Notes under the pieces: generated by a model
What the model was told of the DNA's origin: nothing
Databases searched by the model: none
The model's input: only the letters and a program-made list of their open reading frames with translations
Virus record (IMG/VR): IMGVR_UViG_3300016649_000355
Reading direction: 5' to 3' (one strand)
DNA from: a virus
Lineage: Duplodnaviria; Caudoviricetes
DNA length: 64,000 nucleotides
Translations under genes and position numbers: made by a program
Shown here: piece by piece, positions 57,422 to 64,000 of the stretch
Layout: each line of letters starts with the position of its first letter
Numbering within the stretch: position 1 is the stretch's first letter

Positions 57422-57429
57422 GGTAAATA
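57422..57429 (+). promoter_or_regulatory. Putative late-promoter motif GGTAAATA
   Basis: Downstream of the terminator, upstream of the 57475 gene. Confidence 0.3.
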
Positions 57430-57474
57430 CATTACAATAATAAGAGACCGCTATGTACGGATCTCAGGGGTGTC

Positions 57475-57990
57475 ATGGATATAGCCGCATTGATTGATCT
57501 GGCAGACAATGCCTTCACGCAGGTTAAAAAGGTATCGTCGCTCACGGAAGATGCTAACGCGATCATGGGCAATCTCACGGGCCTGGCTAGCCATTTCGGG
57601 GAACTTAAAAAAGCGATATCAGTCAATGAATTGCAAGAATTGCACGACAAGTCTAAGCCAGCAAAGGCACAGAAAAATAACACAGAGCGTGCCCTACAAA
57701 TCTATGCCGCCAAAGTAAAATTAGTCGAGATCGAAAAAGAGTTGTATCATATGTTCTTATATGGTGATCTGTGCCATCTAGGCTTAGACGGATATAAAGA
57801 ATTCTGTAAGATACGAGAAGACATGGAAAAGAATGCAAATGAGGAAGCCTTAGAGCATCAAGCATATCAACTCGCAGAAGAAGCTGATATGCGATTCATC
57901 AATAAATTAAAGATAGTTTGCGGCGCGCTTTTTGGCGGAGTGGTGGCGATAGTAGAATTAGCACACCAGATTAAAGACCTTTTCTCATAA
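57475..57990 (+). CDS. Hypothetical helical protein with a C-terminal transmembrane segment (171 aa)
   Basis: Coiled-coil-like body; hydrophobic IVCGALFGGVVAIVEL near the C-terminus; GGGG RBS-like sequence. Confidence 0.6.
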   Translation: MDIAALIDLADNAFTQVKKVSSLTEDANAIMGNLTGLASHFGELKKAISVNELQELHDKSKPAKAQKNNTERALQIYAAKVKLVEIEKELYHMFLYGDLCHLGLDGYKEFCKIREDMEKNANEEALEHQAYQLAEEADMRFINKLKIVCGALFGGVVAIVELAHQIKDLFS

Positions 57991-57993
57991 ATA
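57986..57993 (+). promoter_or_regulatory. Putative late-promoter motif CATAAATA
   Basis: Overlaps the upstream stop; precedes the lipoprotein gene with an AAGGA RBS. Confidence 0.35.
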
Positions 57994-58029
57994 CTGTTGA
58001 TCTATAATAATAAGAAAGGAAGATCAACG

Positions 58030-58206
58030 ATGAGACTAGCATTTACCATGCTGGCAATCATTTCACTTACGGGTTGTGGTCAAGCCTACAGATATCCGTG
58101 TCAAAATCCCGATAACTGGGAAAGTCCTGAATGTCAAAAACCCAAATGCGAAGTGAATAAAGATTGTCCAGAGTATATTTTCAAAGAAAAGGAATGCAAA
58201 AAATGA
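58030..58206 (+). CDS. Small Cys-rich lipoprotein (58 aa)
   Basis: Signal peptide MRLAFTMLAIISLTG/C with lipobox LTGC; mature part RYPCQNPDNWESPECQKPKC...CP. Confidence 0.7.
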   Translation: MRLAFTMLAIISLTGCGQAYRYPCQNPDNWESPECQKPKCEVNKDCPEYIFKEKECKK

Positions 58207-58550
58207 GTACAGTAGATAAGACAATTGTGAGTAAACCCGGAGAACGGTTCTCAGAACAGGAACTCATGGTAAGATTAAAATTCATCATTGGTATATGTCT
58301 TGCTATGACATTGATGGGTATCGTGTTCGTTGTATTGTATAGCATTATTTTTGTCACTCAACCATTGAATGCTATCAGCCCCATCGATCAAGAATTTTTC
58401 AAGTTGATCATTCCTATCGCTACATTCTTGACCGGAACATTGAGCGGCATCATGTTAGCAGGTACAGGTCGTGAAGCGGCATTAGCGGGCGCCCAGCAGC
58501 AAGCAGAACAAGCTGCGAAAGCAAAAGAAGCAAAAACATTATTAAGTTGA
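58203..58550 (+). CDS. Two-TM inner-membrane protein (115 aa)
   Basis: Hydrophobic FIIGICLAMTLMGIVFVVLYSII and LIIPIATFLTGTLSGIMLAG; ATGA overlap with the lipoprotein gene. Confidence 0.7.
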   Translation: MSTVDKTIVSKPGERFSEQELMVRLKFIIGICLAMTLMGIVFVVLYSIIFVTQPLNAISPIDQEFFKLIIPIATFLTGTLSGIMLAGTGREAALAGAQQQAEQAAKAKEAKTLLS

Positions 58551-59302
58551 TGCAAAAAACATATCGCTCAATATTCGTATCGGATATACACTTTGGTACA
58601 AAGGATTGCAAGGCTCATCTTCTCAGTAATTTTTTGAAGCATAACACTTGCGAGACTTTGTATCTAGTGGGCGATATCATAGATGGTTGGAAGATGCAGA
58701 CCAATCGTTTACGATGGAAACAAACTCATACTAATGCTATACGGAGAATTCTTGGTCACGCGAAACGGGGCACCAGGGTAATATATATAGCAGGTAATCA
58801 TGATGAATTCTTGAGACCATTGATTCCGTATGGATTTCATTTTGGATTGATAGAAATACACAATCAGATCGAACATGTTGGGTTAGATGGTAAGCATTAT
58901 CTTGTAGTGCATGGTGATCTATTTGATGGCATAACAAGATTAGCGCCATGGTTAAGTTTCTTAGGTGACCATGCATATGATTTTGTGTTACGCATGAATA
59001 GCCAGTTTAACTGGATAAGGCATAGATTGGGGTTCGGTTACTGGAGCTTAAGCCAATACTTGAAATATAGGGTAAAGAAAGCCGTGGATTTCATATTCAA
59101 ATATGAAAGAACGATAACAGCATATGCTAAGAAACGGGGATTTGATGGCGTAATATGCGGACACATACACCATGCCGAGATCAAAGACATCGATGGTATA
59201 GTCTATATGAATGATGGTGATTGGGTAGAAAGTTGCACAGCATTAGTCGAAAATCATGATGGTACCTGGCAGATAATCACATGGACCGAGGAGAAACAAT
59301 GA
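58550..59302 (+). CDS. Calcineurin-like metallophosphoesterase, LpxH/YbbF (UDP-2,3-diacylglucosamine hydrolase-like) family
   Basis: SDIH, GDIIDG, GNHD, HGD, GHIH, NDGDW motifs. Confidence 0.85.
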   Translation: MQKTYRSIFVSDIHFGTKDCKAHLLSNFLKHNTCETLYLVGDIIDGWKMQTNRLRWKQTHTNAIRRILGHAKRGTRVIYIAGNHDEFLRPLIPYGFHFGLIEIHNQIEHVGLDGKHYLVVHGDLFDGITRLAPWLSFLGDHAYDFVLRMNSQFNWIRHRLGFGYWSLSQYLKYRVKKAVDFIFKYERTITAYAKKRGFDGVICGHIHHAEIKDIDGIVYMNDGDWVESCTALVENHDGTWQIITWTEEKQ

Positions 59303-59487
59303 ATATATTTTGGGCAGTTGTCGTCATTGTATTAAATAAAGTCACTGTTTTGGAGGTAGCTCAGACGCGAGAAGGTTGCGAGGCAATCGCTAGACAAGTT
59401 CAAGGTGCTAGTTGCCATCCGGTAAGTGTCAAAGCAAAATTTGACGCTCAAATACAGATCGATGCTATAAACACACTTATAAAATAA
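59299..59487 (+). CDS. Small hypothetical protein with a hydrophobic N-terminus (62 aa)
   Basis: GAGGAG RBS before the ATG at 59299; C-x10-C motif. Confidence 0.55.
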   Translation: MNIFWAVVVIVLNKVTVLEVAQTREGCEAIARQVQGASCHPVSVKAKFDAQIQIDAINTLIK

Positions 59488-59490
59488 ATT

Positions 59491-59745
59491 ATGTTTAAAA
59501 CGGCTATAGAAGCTAGAAAAGATTTAGACAGGTTACACAAAGAGATAAAATCTTTAAGATATAATCCTGATTTTTATAACCTACACAAAAACCTTGACAA
59601 TATGATCACTGATCTTAGTAAATTAGAAGTGGTGGTCAGGACCAATCCAAAAAAGATATACATGGTAACGGATAAACTAAAAGAGATAGAACAAGCCAAA
59701 GACTACTTAGAAAAGATTTTGCTCATGGCAAAACTCATGAACTAG
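59491..59745 (+). CDS. Hypothetical helical protein (84 aa)
   Basis: Same-strand ORF that fills the gap. Confidence 0.6.
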   Translation: MFKTAIEARKDLDRLHKEIKSLRYNPDFYNLHKNLDNMITDLSKLEVVVRTNPKKIYMVTDKLKEIEQAKDYLEKILLMAKLMN

Positions 59746-59746
59746 G

Positions 59747-59776
59747 TTGACAATAAATGGTTACCCGTCGTATACT
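59747..59776 (+). promoter_or_regulatory. Sigma70-type promoter (TTGACAATAAAT family)
   Basis: TTGACA-18 nt-TATACT; the predicted +1 falls at the ATG 59783. Confidence 0.7.
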
Positions 59777-59782
59777 ACGGGT

Positions 59783-60004
59783 ATGGTAAACAACACACTT
59801 CAATGGACAGGCGCTCTGTTTGTGATCGCAGGGCACATACTGAACTCCATCGGGAACATGGATCCCTATAACATCATAGTATTCTTTTTTGGTACCGTCA
59901 TGTTCCTTACATGGGCGATCCGTGTCAAAAACAAGCCACAAACAGTGGTGAACATGGTATCTATCGTAGTCTGCCTGCTAGGAATCGTCAGGGCCATAAT
60001 TTGA
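59783..60004 (+). CDS. Small multi-TM membrane protein (73 aa, PnuC-like composition)
   Basis: Three hydrophobic segments: LQWTGALFVIAG, NIIVFFFGTVMFLTWA, NMVSIVVCLLGI. Confidence 0.6.
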   Translation: MVNNTLQWTGALFVIAGHILNSIGNMDPYNIIVFFFGTVMFLTWAIRVKNKPQTVVNMVSIVVCLLGIVRAII

Positions 60005-60029
60005 CAATAAATGGTTTTGGGTATAGAAT
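60001..60029 (+). promoter_or_regulatory. Sigma70-type promoter (TTGACAATAAAT family)
   Basis: TTGACA-17 nt-TAGAAT. Confidence 0.75.
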
Positions 60030-60062
60030 AGTCTTCATACAGTGAACGAACAGGAGAAACAA

Positions 60063-60443
60063 ATGCTTACAGCAACACAAGAAACCCGTGAAATCCGCAT
60101 GTTTGGTGCTACCCTCGAGCAGGTTCAAGAAGCGGTCACTAGCTACCTCAAAGCAGGTGACGGCGAGAAAGCGATCATTATCCGCATGCTGATGTCGGGC
60201 TGGCGCGAACTGAATTGGGGCGAAGTCGAAGATGCACGCCAGACACTTAACCGTGTCAAGGTCACTATCGAACGGTTTTATCGTGGCGACAAGCGTGATT
60301 TCTTTTTCGAACCCGAGGGCAAGGCTTACTCGATCCTCAGTGATGCCCAGCAATTGATGGAATATGACGATATCATCCGTGCAAAGGTCTGCATCGATGA
60401 GGCAGTGACTTACATCGAATCTGGCACAAACATCAGGAAGTAA
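60063..60443 (+). CDS. Hypothetical protein (126 aa)
   Basis: AGGAG RBS 6 nt before the ATG at 60063, preferred to the GTG at 60042. Internal weak repeat: A..ILSDAQ.L / AR..LNRAK-like helices. Confidence 0.65.
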   Translation: MLTATQETREIRMFGATLEQVQEAVTSYLKAGDGEKAIIIRMLMSGWRELNWGEVEDARQTLNRVKVTIERFYRGDKRDFFFEPEGKAYSILSDAQQLMEYDDIIRAKVCIDEAVTYIESGTNIRK

Positions 60444-60445
60444 CA

Positions 60446-60592
60446 ATGGAAAATTTCTTGATCGAGGTTGTATTGGATAAAGGCACCGGAAATTATCAGG
60501 CTTTGTTTAGCAACGGATATTGGGTAGAATTGGATGCATCCAATTATACGGATGCGATCTGCGAGGCCGATCTGTTAGTATCCGAAATTTGA
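60446..60592 (+). CDS. Small acidic hypothetical protein (48 aa), absent from the ORF track
   Basis: MENFLIEVVLDKGTGNYQALFSNGYWVELDASNYTDAICEADLLVSEI*; fills the gap exactly. Confidence 0.6.
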   Translation: MENFLIEVVLDKGTGNYQALFSNGYWVELDASNYTDAICEADLLVSEI

Positions 60593-60617
60593 CAATAAAT
60601 GGATCTGGGTATATAAT
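60589..60617 (+). promoter_or_regulatory. Sigma70-type promoter (TTGACAATAAAT family)
   Basis: TTGACA-17 nt-TATAAT, perfect consensus. Confidence 0.85.
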
Positions 60618-60648
60618 ACATACATAAAGTCGATTAACGGAGAAACAA

Positions 60649-60921
60649 ATGTCTGCACTCACTGAATATACCCTAGAAATCTACAAGACTGACAAGCGTA
60701 CCAAAGAAGGTCGTCGCTTGTATGCGAAGCAAGATTTTGCCCCTAGTACCAAAGACTATATCAACGCCGTTGCTGAAGTCAAGCGTAAGATGGGTTTTAT
60801 CGTTGAAGTGTTTGAGACTTTTGTCACCCGCAAGAATTTGATGAGTGGTAAGGAGTTTCAGGAGCGTTATGATAGGCCCTACTATTGCTCACCCTCTAGC
60901 GAATCTTATTGGAGCATGTAA
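60649..60921 (+). CDS. Hypothetical phage protein (90 aa)
   Basis: GGAG RBS; C-terminal PYYCSPSSESYWSM. Confidence 0.7.
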   Translation: MSALTEYTLEIYKTDKRTKEGRRLYAKQDFAPSTKDYINAVAEVKRKMGFIVEVFETFVTRKNLMSGKEFQERYDRPYYCSPSSESYWSM

Positions 60922-60923
60922 TC

Positions 60924-61193
60924 ATGGCCAATGAATTTAAAATTAAATTTTATAGTGATCCCGGACACGGCTGGGGTGCAGTAAAGCGCAAGGTTCTTAT
61001 TGACCTTGGTATCGCCGACAAGATTTCCCCCTTCAGTTATCAAAAGGGTGACACCGTGTACCTCGAGGAAGTCTGTGACCTTTCATCTTTGGTTACTGCC
61101 CTTGCAGTTAAGGGTGTTGTTGTTAAGTATGATGAAAAACATACCAATGCCCGTAGTCCGATTCGATCCTATGAATGTTTTCGGGTCATCTAA
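60924..61193 (+). CDS. Hypothetical phage protein (89 aa), DPGHGW motif
   Basis: FYSDPGHGW...SPFSY...VYLEE.CD. Confidence 0.65.
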   Translation: MANEFKIKFYSDPGHGWGAVKRKVLIDLGIADKISPFSYQKGDTVYLEEVCDLSSLVTALAVKGVVVKYDEKHTNARSPIRSYECFRVI

Positions 61194-61197
61194 TATG

Positions 61198-61226
61198 TTG
61201 ACAATAAATCAAATTATCCGTATACT
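61198..61226 (+). promoter_or_regulatory. Sigma70-type promoter (TTGACAATAAAT family)
   Basis: TTGACA-17 nt-TATACT. Confidence 0.8.
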
Positions 61227-61257
61227 ACACATATAAACTTTTCTACAGGAGTAATTC

Positions 61258-62355
61258 ATGTCTCAAGTTTCTGACAATCTTACTATCACTAGTGTGCAGG
61301 CCCGCAAGGCACTGCTCACTGCGTTCAAGACCAAGCGTCCTGTTTTCTTGTGGGGCCCTCCCGGTATCGGCAAGAGTGAGGTCGTGGCAGAGATCGCAGA
61401 GGAATTGGGCGGTCTTGTGATCGATCTGCGCATGGCACAGATGGAGCCAACTGATATCCGTGGTATCCCGTTCTTCAACAAGGATCTAGGCAAGATGGAT
61501 TGGGCTCCCCCGGTCGATCTACCTGATCAAGAACTGGCTAGCCAGTATCCCCTTATCGTATTGTTCCTCGATGAGATGAACAGTGCCCCGCCCGCGGTTC
61601 AGGCAGCCGGTTATCAGTTGGTTCTCAATCGCCGTGTAGGTAAATATGTATTGCCCGACAATGTTGTGATTGTCGCGGCAGGTAATCGTGACAGTGACAA
61701 AGGTGTTACTTATCGCATGCCAATGCCCCTTGCTAATCGTTTCTTGCACCTTGAGATGCGAGCCGACTTCACTGCATGGCAGAACTGGGCAGTCAACAAG
61801 GGCATCCACAAAGATGTGGTTGGCTACTTGAGTTTTGCAAAGCAGGATCTTTATGAGTTTGATAGCAAGAGTGCTAGCCGTGCTTTCCCAACTCCCCGTT
61901 CATGGTGCTTTGTGAGCGACCTGCTCAAAGATGAGGAAGTGGATACTGATACACTGTTCAATCTGGTCTCAGGTGCAGTGGGCGAGGGTCTTGCCGTCAA
62001 GTTCATGGCTCACCGCAAGGTCGCAGGCAAGATGCCCGACCCTGCCGATATCTTGTCAGGCAAGGTCAAGGAGTTGCAGGTCAAGGAAGTGTCCGCGATG
62101 TACTCACTGACCATTAGTATGTGCTATGAATTGAAGGAAGCACTGGACAACAAAAAGGTCAACAACAAAGAATTTCATACTATGGCTGATAATTTCTTCA
62201 GCTACATCATGGCAAACTTTGAGACTGAATTGGTCGTCATGGGTGCTAAGATCGCATTGAAAACTTACAAGCTTCCAATCGAACCCAGTCAATTGAAGAA
62301 TTTTGACGAGTTCCACAAGAAGTATGGTAAGTACATTGTTGAAGCAGGCAACTAA
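61258..62355 (+). CDS. MoxR-like/dynein-related AAA+ ATPase
   Basis: Walker A GPPGIGKS, Walker B LFLDE, sensor AAGN, arginine finger LANRF, PTPRSW; AGGAG RBS. Confidence 0.9.
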   Translation: MSQVSDNLTITSVQARKALLTAFKTKRPVFLWGPPGIGKSEVVAEIAEELGGLVIDLRMAQMEPTDIRGIPFFNKDLGKMDWAPPVDLPDQELASQYPLIVLFLDEMNSAPPAVQAAGYQLVLNRRVGKYVLPDNVVIVAAGNRDSDKGVTYRMPMPLANRFLHLEMRADFTAWQNWAVNKGIHKDVVGYLSFAKQDLYEFDSKSASRAFPTPRSWCFVSDLLKDEEVDTDTLFNLVSGAVGEGLAVKFMAHRKVAGKMPDPADILSGKVKELQVKEVSAMYSLTISMCYELKEALDNKKVNNKEFHTMADNFFSYIMANFETELVVMGAKIALKTYKLPIEPSQLKNFDEFHKKYGKYIVEAGN

Positions 62356-62377
62356 GAGACATGGTTGCTTACTCTTG

Positions 62378-62404
62378 GGGGAGAGGCAACTCTCCCCTTT
62401 TTTT
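62378..62404 (+). terminator. Intrinsic terminator
   Basis: GGGGAGAG-GCAA-CTCTCCCC hairpin (GNRA loop) followed by a T tract. Confidence 0.9.
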
Positions 62405-62406
62405 AT

Positions 62407-62435
62407 TTGACAATAAATACCGGTGATGCTATAAT
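62407..62435 (+). promoter_or_regulatory. Sigma70-type promoter (TTGACAATAAAT family)
   Basis: TTGACA-17 nt-TATAAT with an extended -10 TG. Confidence 0.85.
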
Positions 62436-62463
62436 AGACATATTAGATAGCAAAGGATGATTT

Positions 62464-63756
62464 ATGAGCGATGTTCTTCCAGGCACTAAAAAGCGCAAAA
62501 ATAAACAGGATAAGTTTGATAATCTTGTTGGTCCAACTGACCCCAAGATCGATCATCAGGCCCGTGAGAGACTGGTCACTGCCCGTATCGGGTTATTGTT
62601 GCGTCATAGTTTTTTCGGCAATCTGGCAACTCGCCTCACATTGATCAATGCCGACGACTGGTGTTCTACTGCCGCTACCGACGGTCGCAAGTTCTATTAT
62701 AATTCACGGTTCATCATGCTACTCAAGCCCAAGGAAGTTGAGTTCTTGGTTGGGCACGAGGTACTGCATGTGGTCTATGATCACATGGGTCGCCGCGGTG
62801 AGCGTGATCCTCAATTGTTCAATATTGCTAATGACTATGCGGTCAATGCAGACTTGAAGCGCCACAAGGTTGGCCAATTCATCACTTCAGTTCCTTGCTT
62901 GTATGAGACAAAGTATGACGGCAAGTCCAGCGAGGAAATCTATGACGACCTCTATCAACATGCTGAAAAAATCGATATCAGTGACCTCATCGACCAGATG
63001 ATCGATGATCACCTCGATGGAGATGATGGCGATTCGGATGCTGAGGGCGGCAAAGATGGCGACAAGAAGGGCAAGCGTCCCAAGATGAGTGCCGAAGAGC
63101 GTGAGCAGTTGCGCCAAGAGGTCAAGCAGGCTATCATCAATGCCGCAAGTTCGGCAGAAGCTGGATCTATCCCCAAAGGTGTAGAACGGTTGATCAAGCA
63201 GTCAACCAACCCTGTCATGCCCTGGCGTGAACTCATCCAGACTAATCTTACTAGCGCCATACGCACTGATTATTCTTGGATGCGCCCCAGCCGCAGGGGC
63301 TGGCACATGGATGCTGTCATGCCCGGCATGACGCCCGGAGAAGAGATCGATGTGGTAGTTGCCATCGACATGTCAGGTTCAATTAGTGACAGCCAAGCGC
63401 GAGCATTTTTGGGCGAGATCGGTGGCATGATGAATGCGTTCGATGGGTACAAGGTGCATGTATTCTGTTTCGATACTGAGGTCTACAATCCACAAGACTT
63501 CACTAGCGAGAACATGGATACAATCGATAGTTACGAACCACAAGGCGGTGGCGGTACTGATTTCGATGCTATCTTTAACTATCTTAAAGACAAGGGAAAT
63601 GTACCCAAACGCTTGATCGTGTTCACGGATGGTTATCCCTTTGGTAGTTGGGGTGATAGTGACTATTGTGACACTACATGGATCATTCATGGTGATCCCG
63701 ATCCTAATCCCCCTTTCGGCACTTTTGCGATCTACAATGATCATAAAAAGCGTTGA
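62464..63756 (+). CDS. Putative metallopeptidase (HExxH) + VWA-like domain protein (DUF2201-type)
   Basis: AATDG, HEVLH, acidic linker, MIDAS-like DMSGS...T...D (GGGTDF, VFTDG). Confidence 0.85.
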   Translation: MSDVLPGTKKRKNKQDKFDNLVGPTDPKIDHQARERLVTARIGLLLRHSFFGNLATRLTLINADDWCSTAATDGRKFYYNSRFIMLLKPKEVEFLVGHEVLHVVYDHMGRRGERDPQLFNIANDYAVNADLKRHKVGQFITSVPCLYETKYDGKSSEEIYDDLYQHAEKIDISDLIDQMIDDHLDGDDGDSDAEGGKDGDKKGKRPKMSAEEREQLRQEVKQAIINAASSAEAGSIPKGVERLIKQSTNPVMPWRELIQTNLTSAIRTDYSWMRPSRRGWHMDAVMPGMTPGEEIDVVVAIDMSGSISDSQARAFLGEIGGMMNAFDGYKVHVFCFDTEVYNPQDFTSENMDTIDSYEPQGGGGTDFDAIFNYLKDKGNVPKRLIVFTDGYPFGSWGDSDYCDTTWIIHGDPDPNPPFGTFAIYNDHKKR

Positions 63757-63982
63757 GGAGATAACGATATATGAATCGCCGGATGGTGGCAAGACTATCT
63801 ATGCTAGAAAGCCCGGCGACAAAGATCGCACATTGATTCAAGAGGACCCTCAGAAGAGGGTCCATGATCGTTGGTTCAAATGGCGTGACATACTTCATAT
63901 GAGTGAGGATAATGTTACATTGAAGGAACTGGTTGAAAAGGCTGAGATGGTATATGAGATCATCAAAAAAGAAAACCAATAG
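63737..63982 (+). CDS. Small hypothetical phage protein (81 aa), IYESPDGGKTIYAR motif
   Basis: ATG at 63737; the upstream extension in the track overlaps the VWA gene out of frame. Confidence 0.6.
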   Translation: MIIKSVEEITIYESPDGGKTIYARKPGDKDRTLIQEDPQKRVHDRWFKWRDILHMSEDNVTLKELVEKAEMVYEIIKKENQ

Positions 63983-64000
63983 TTTTTTAGTCATGTGGGA

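Noticed and set aside
59735-63994. Minus-strand ORFs in the early block (for example 59988-60446, 63009-63266, 63379-63792)
   Set aside because: Antisense shadows, expected to be longer in GC-richer sequence; promoters and RBSs all point to the + strand.
1-64000. Stop-codon reassignment (seen in some jumbo phages)
   Set aside because: Genes tile the window in the standard code, and TAA, TGA and TAG (43228, 59745) all end genes at sensible positions.

Overview
The window comes from a large tailed-phage (jumbo-type) genome. It is densely coding, almost entirely on the + strand, in the standard genetic code, and has four blocks. (1) 1-25.1 kb: virion structural genes, namely a baseplate wedge-like gene cut by the window edge, a 6495-aa repeat-rich baseplate/fibre protein and tail-fibre-like genes. 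(2) 25.1-56.6 kb: a ~31-kb sugar/small-molecule tailoring cluster with 7 radical SAM enzymes (2 with B12-binding-like domains), several glycosyltransferase-like proteins, a nucleotide-sugar epimerase and dehydrogenase, a DegT aminotransferase, an amidinotransferase, a carbamoyltransferase, a 2OG-Fe(II)-like domain, 2 SGNH-like proteins and a 1830-aa protein with 16 tandem repeats. (3) 56.6-59.7 kb: a circularly permuted (two-piece) tmRNA gene encoding tag ANDELFALAA, which the ORF track misses, followed by envelope-related genes and an LpxH-like phosphoesterase. (4) 59.7-64 kb: GC-richer early-type genes behind five sigma70 promoters that share TTGACAATAAAT, including a MoxR-like AAA ATPase/VWA-metallopeptidase pair. 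Protein calls come from motifs recognised by eye; no database searches were run.
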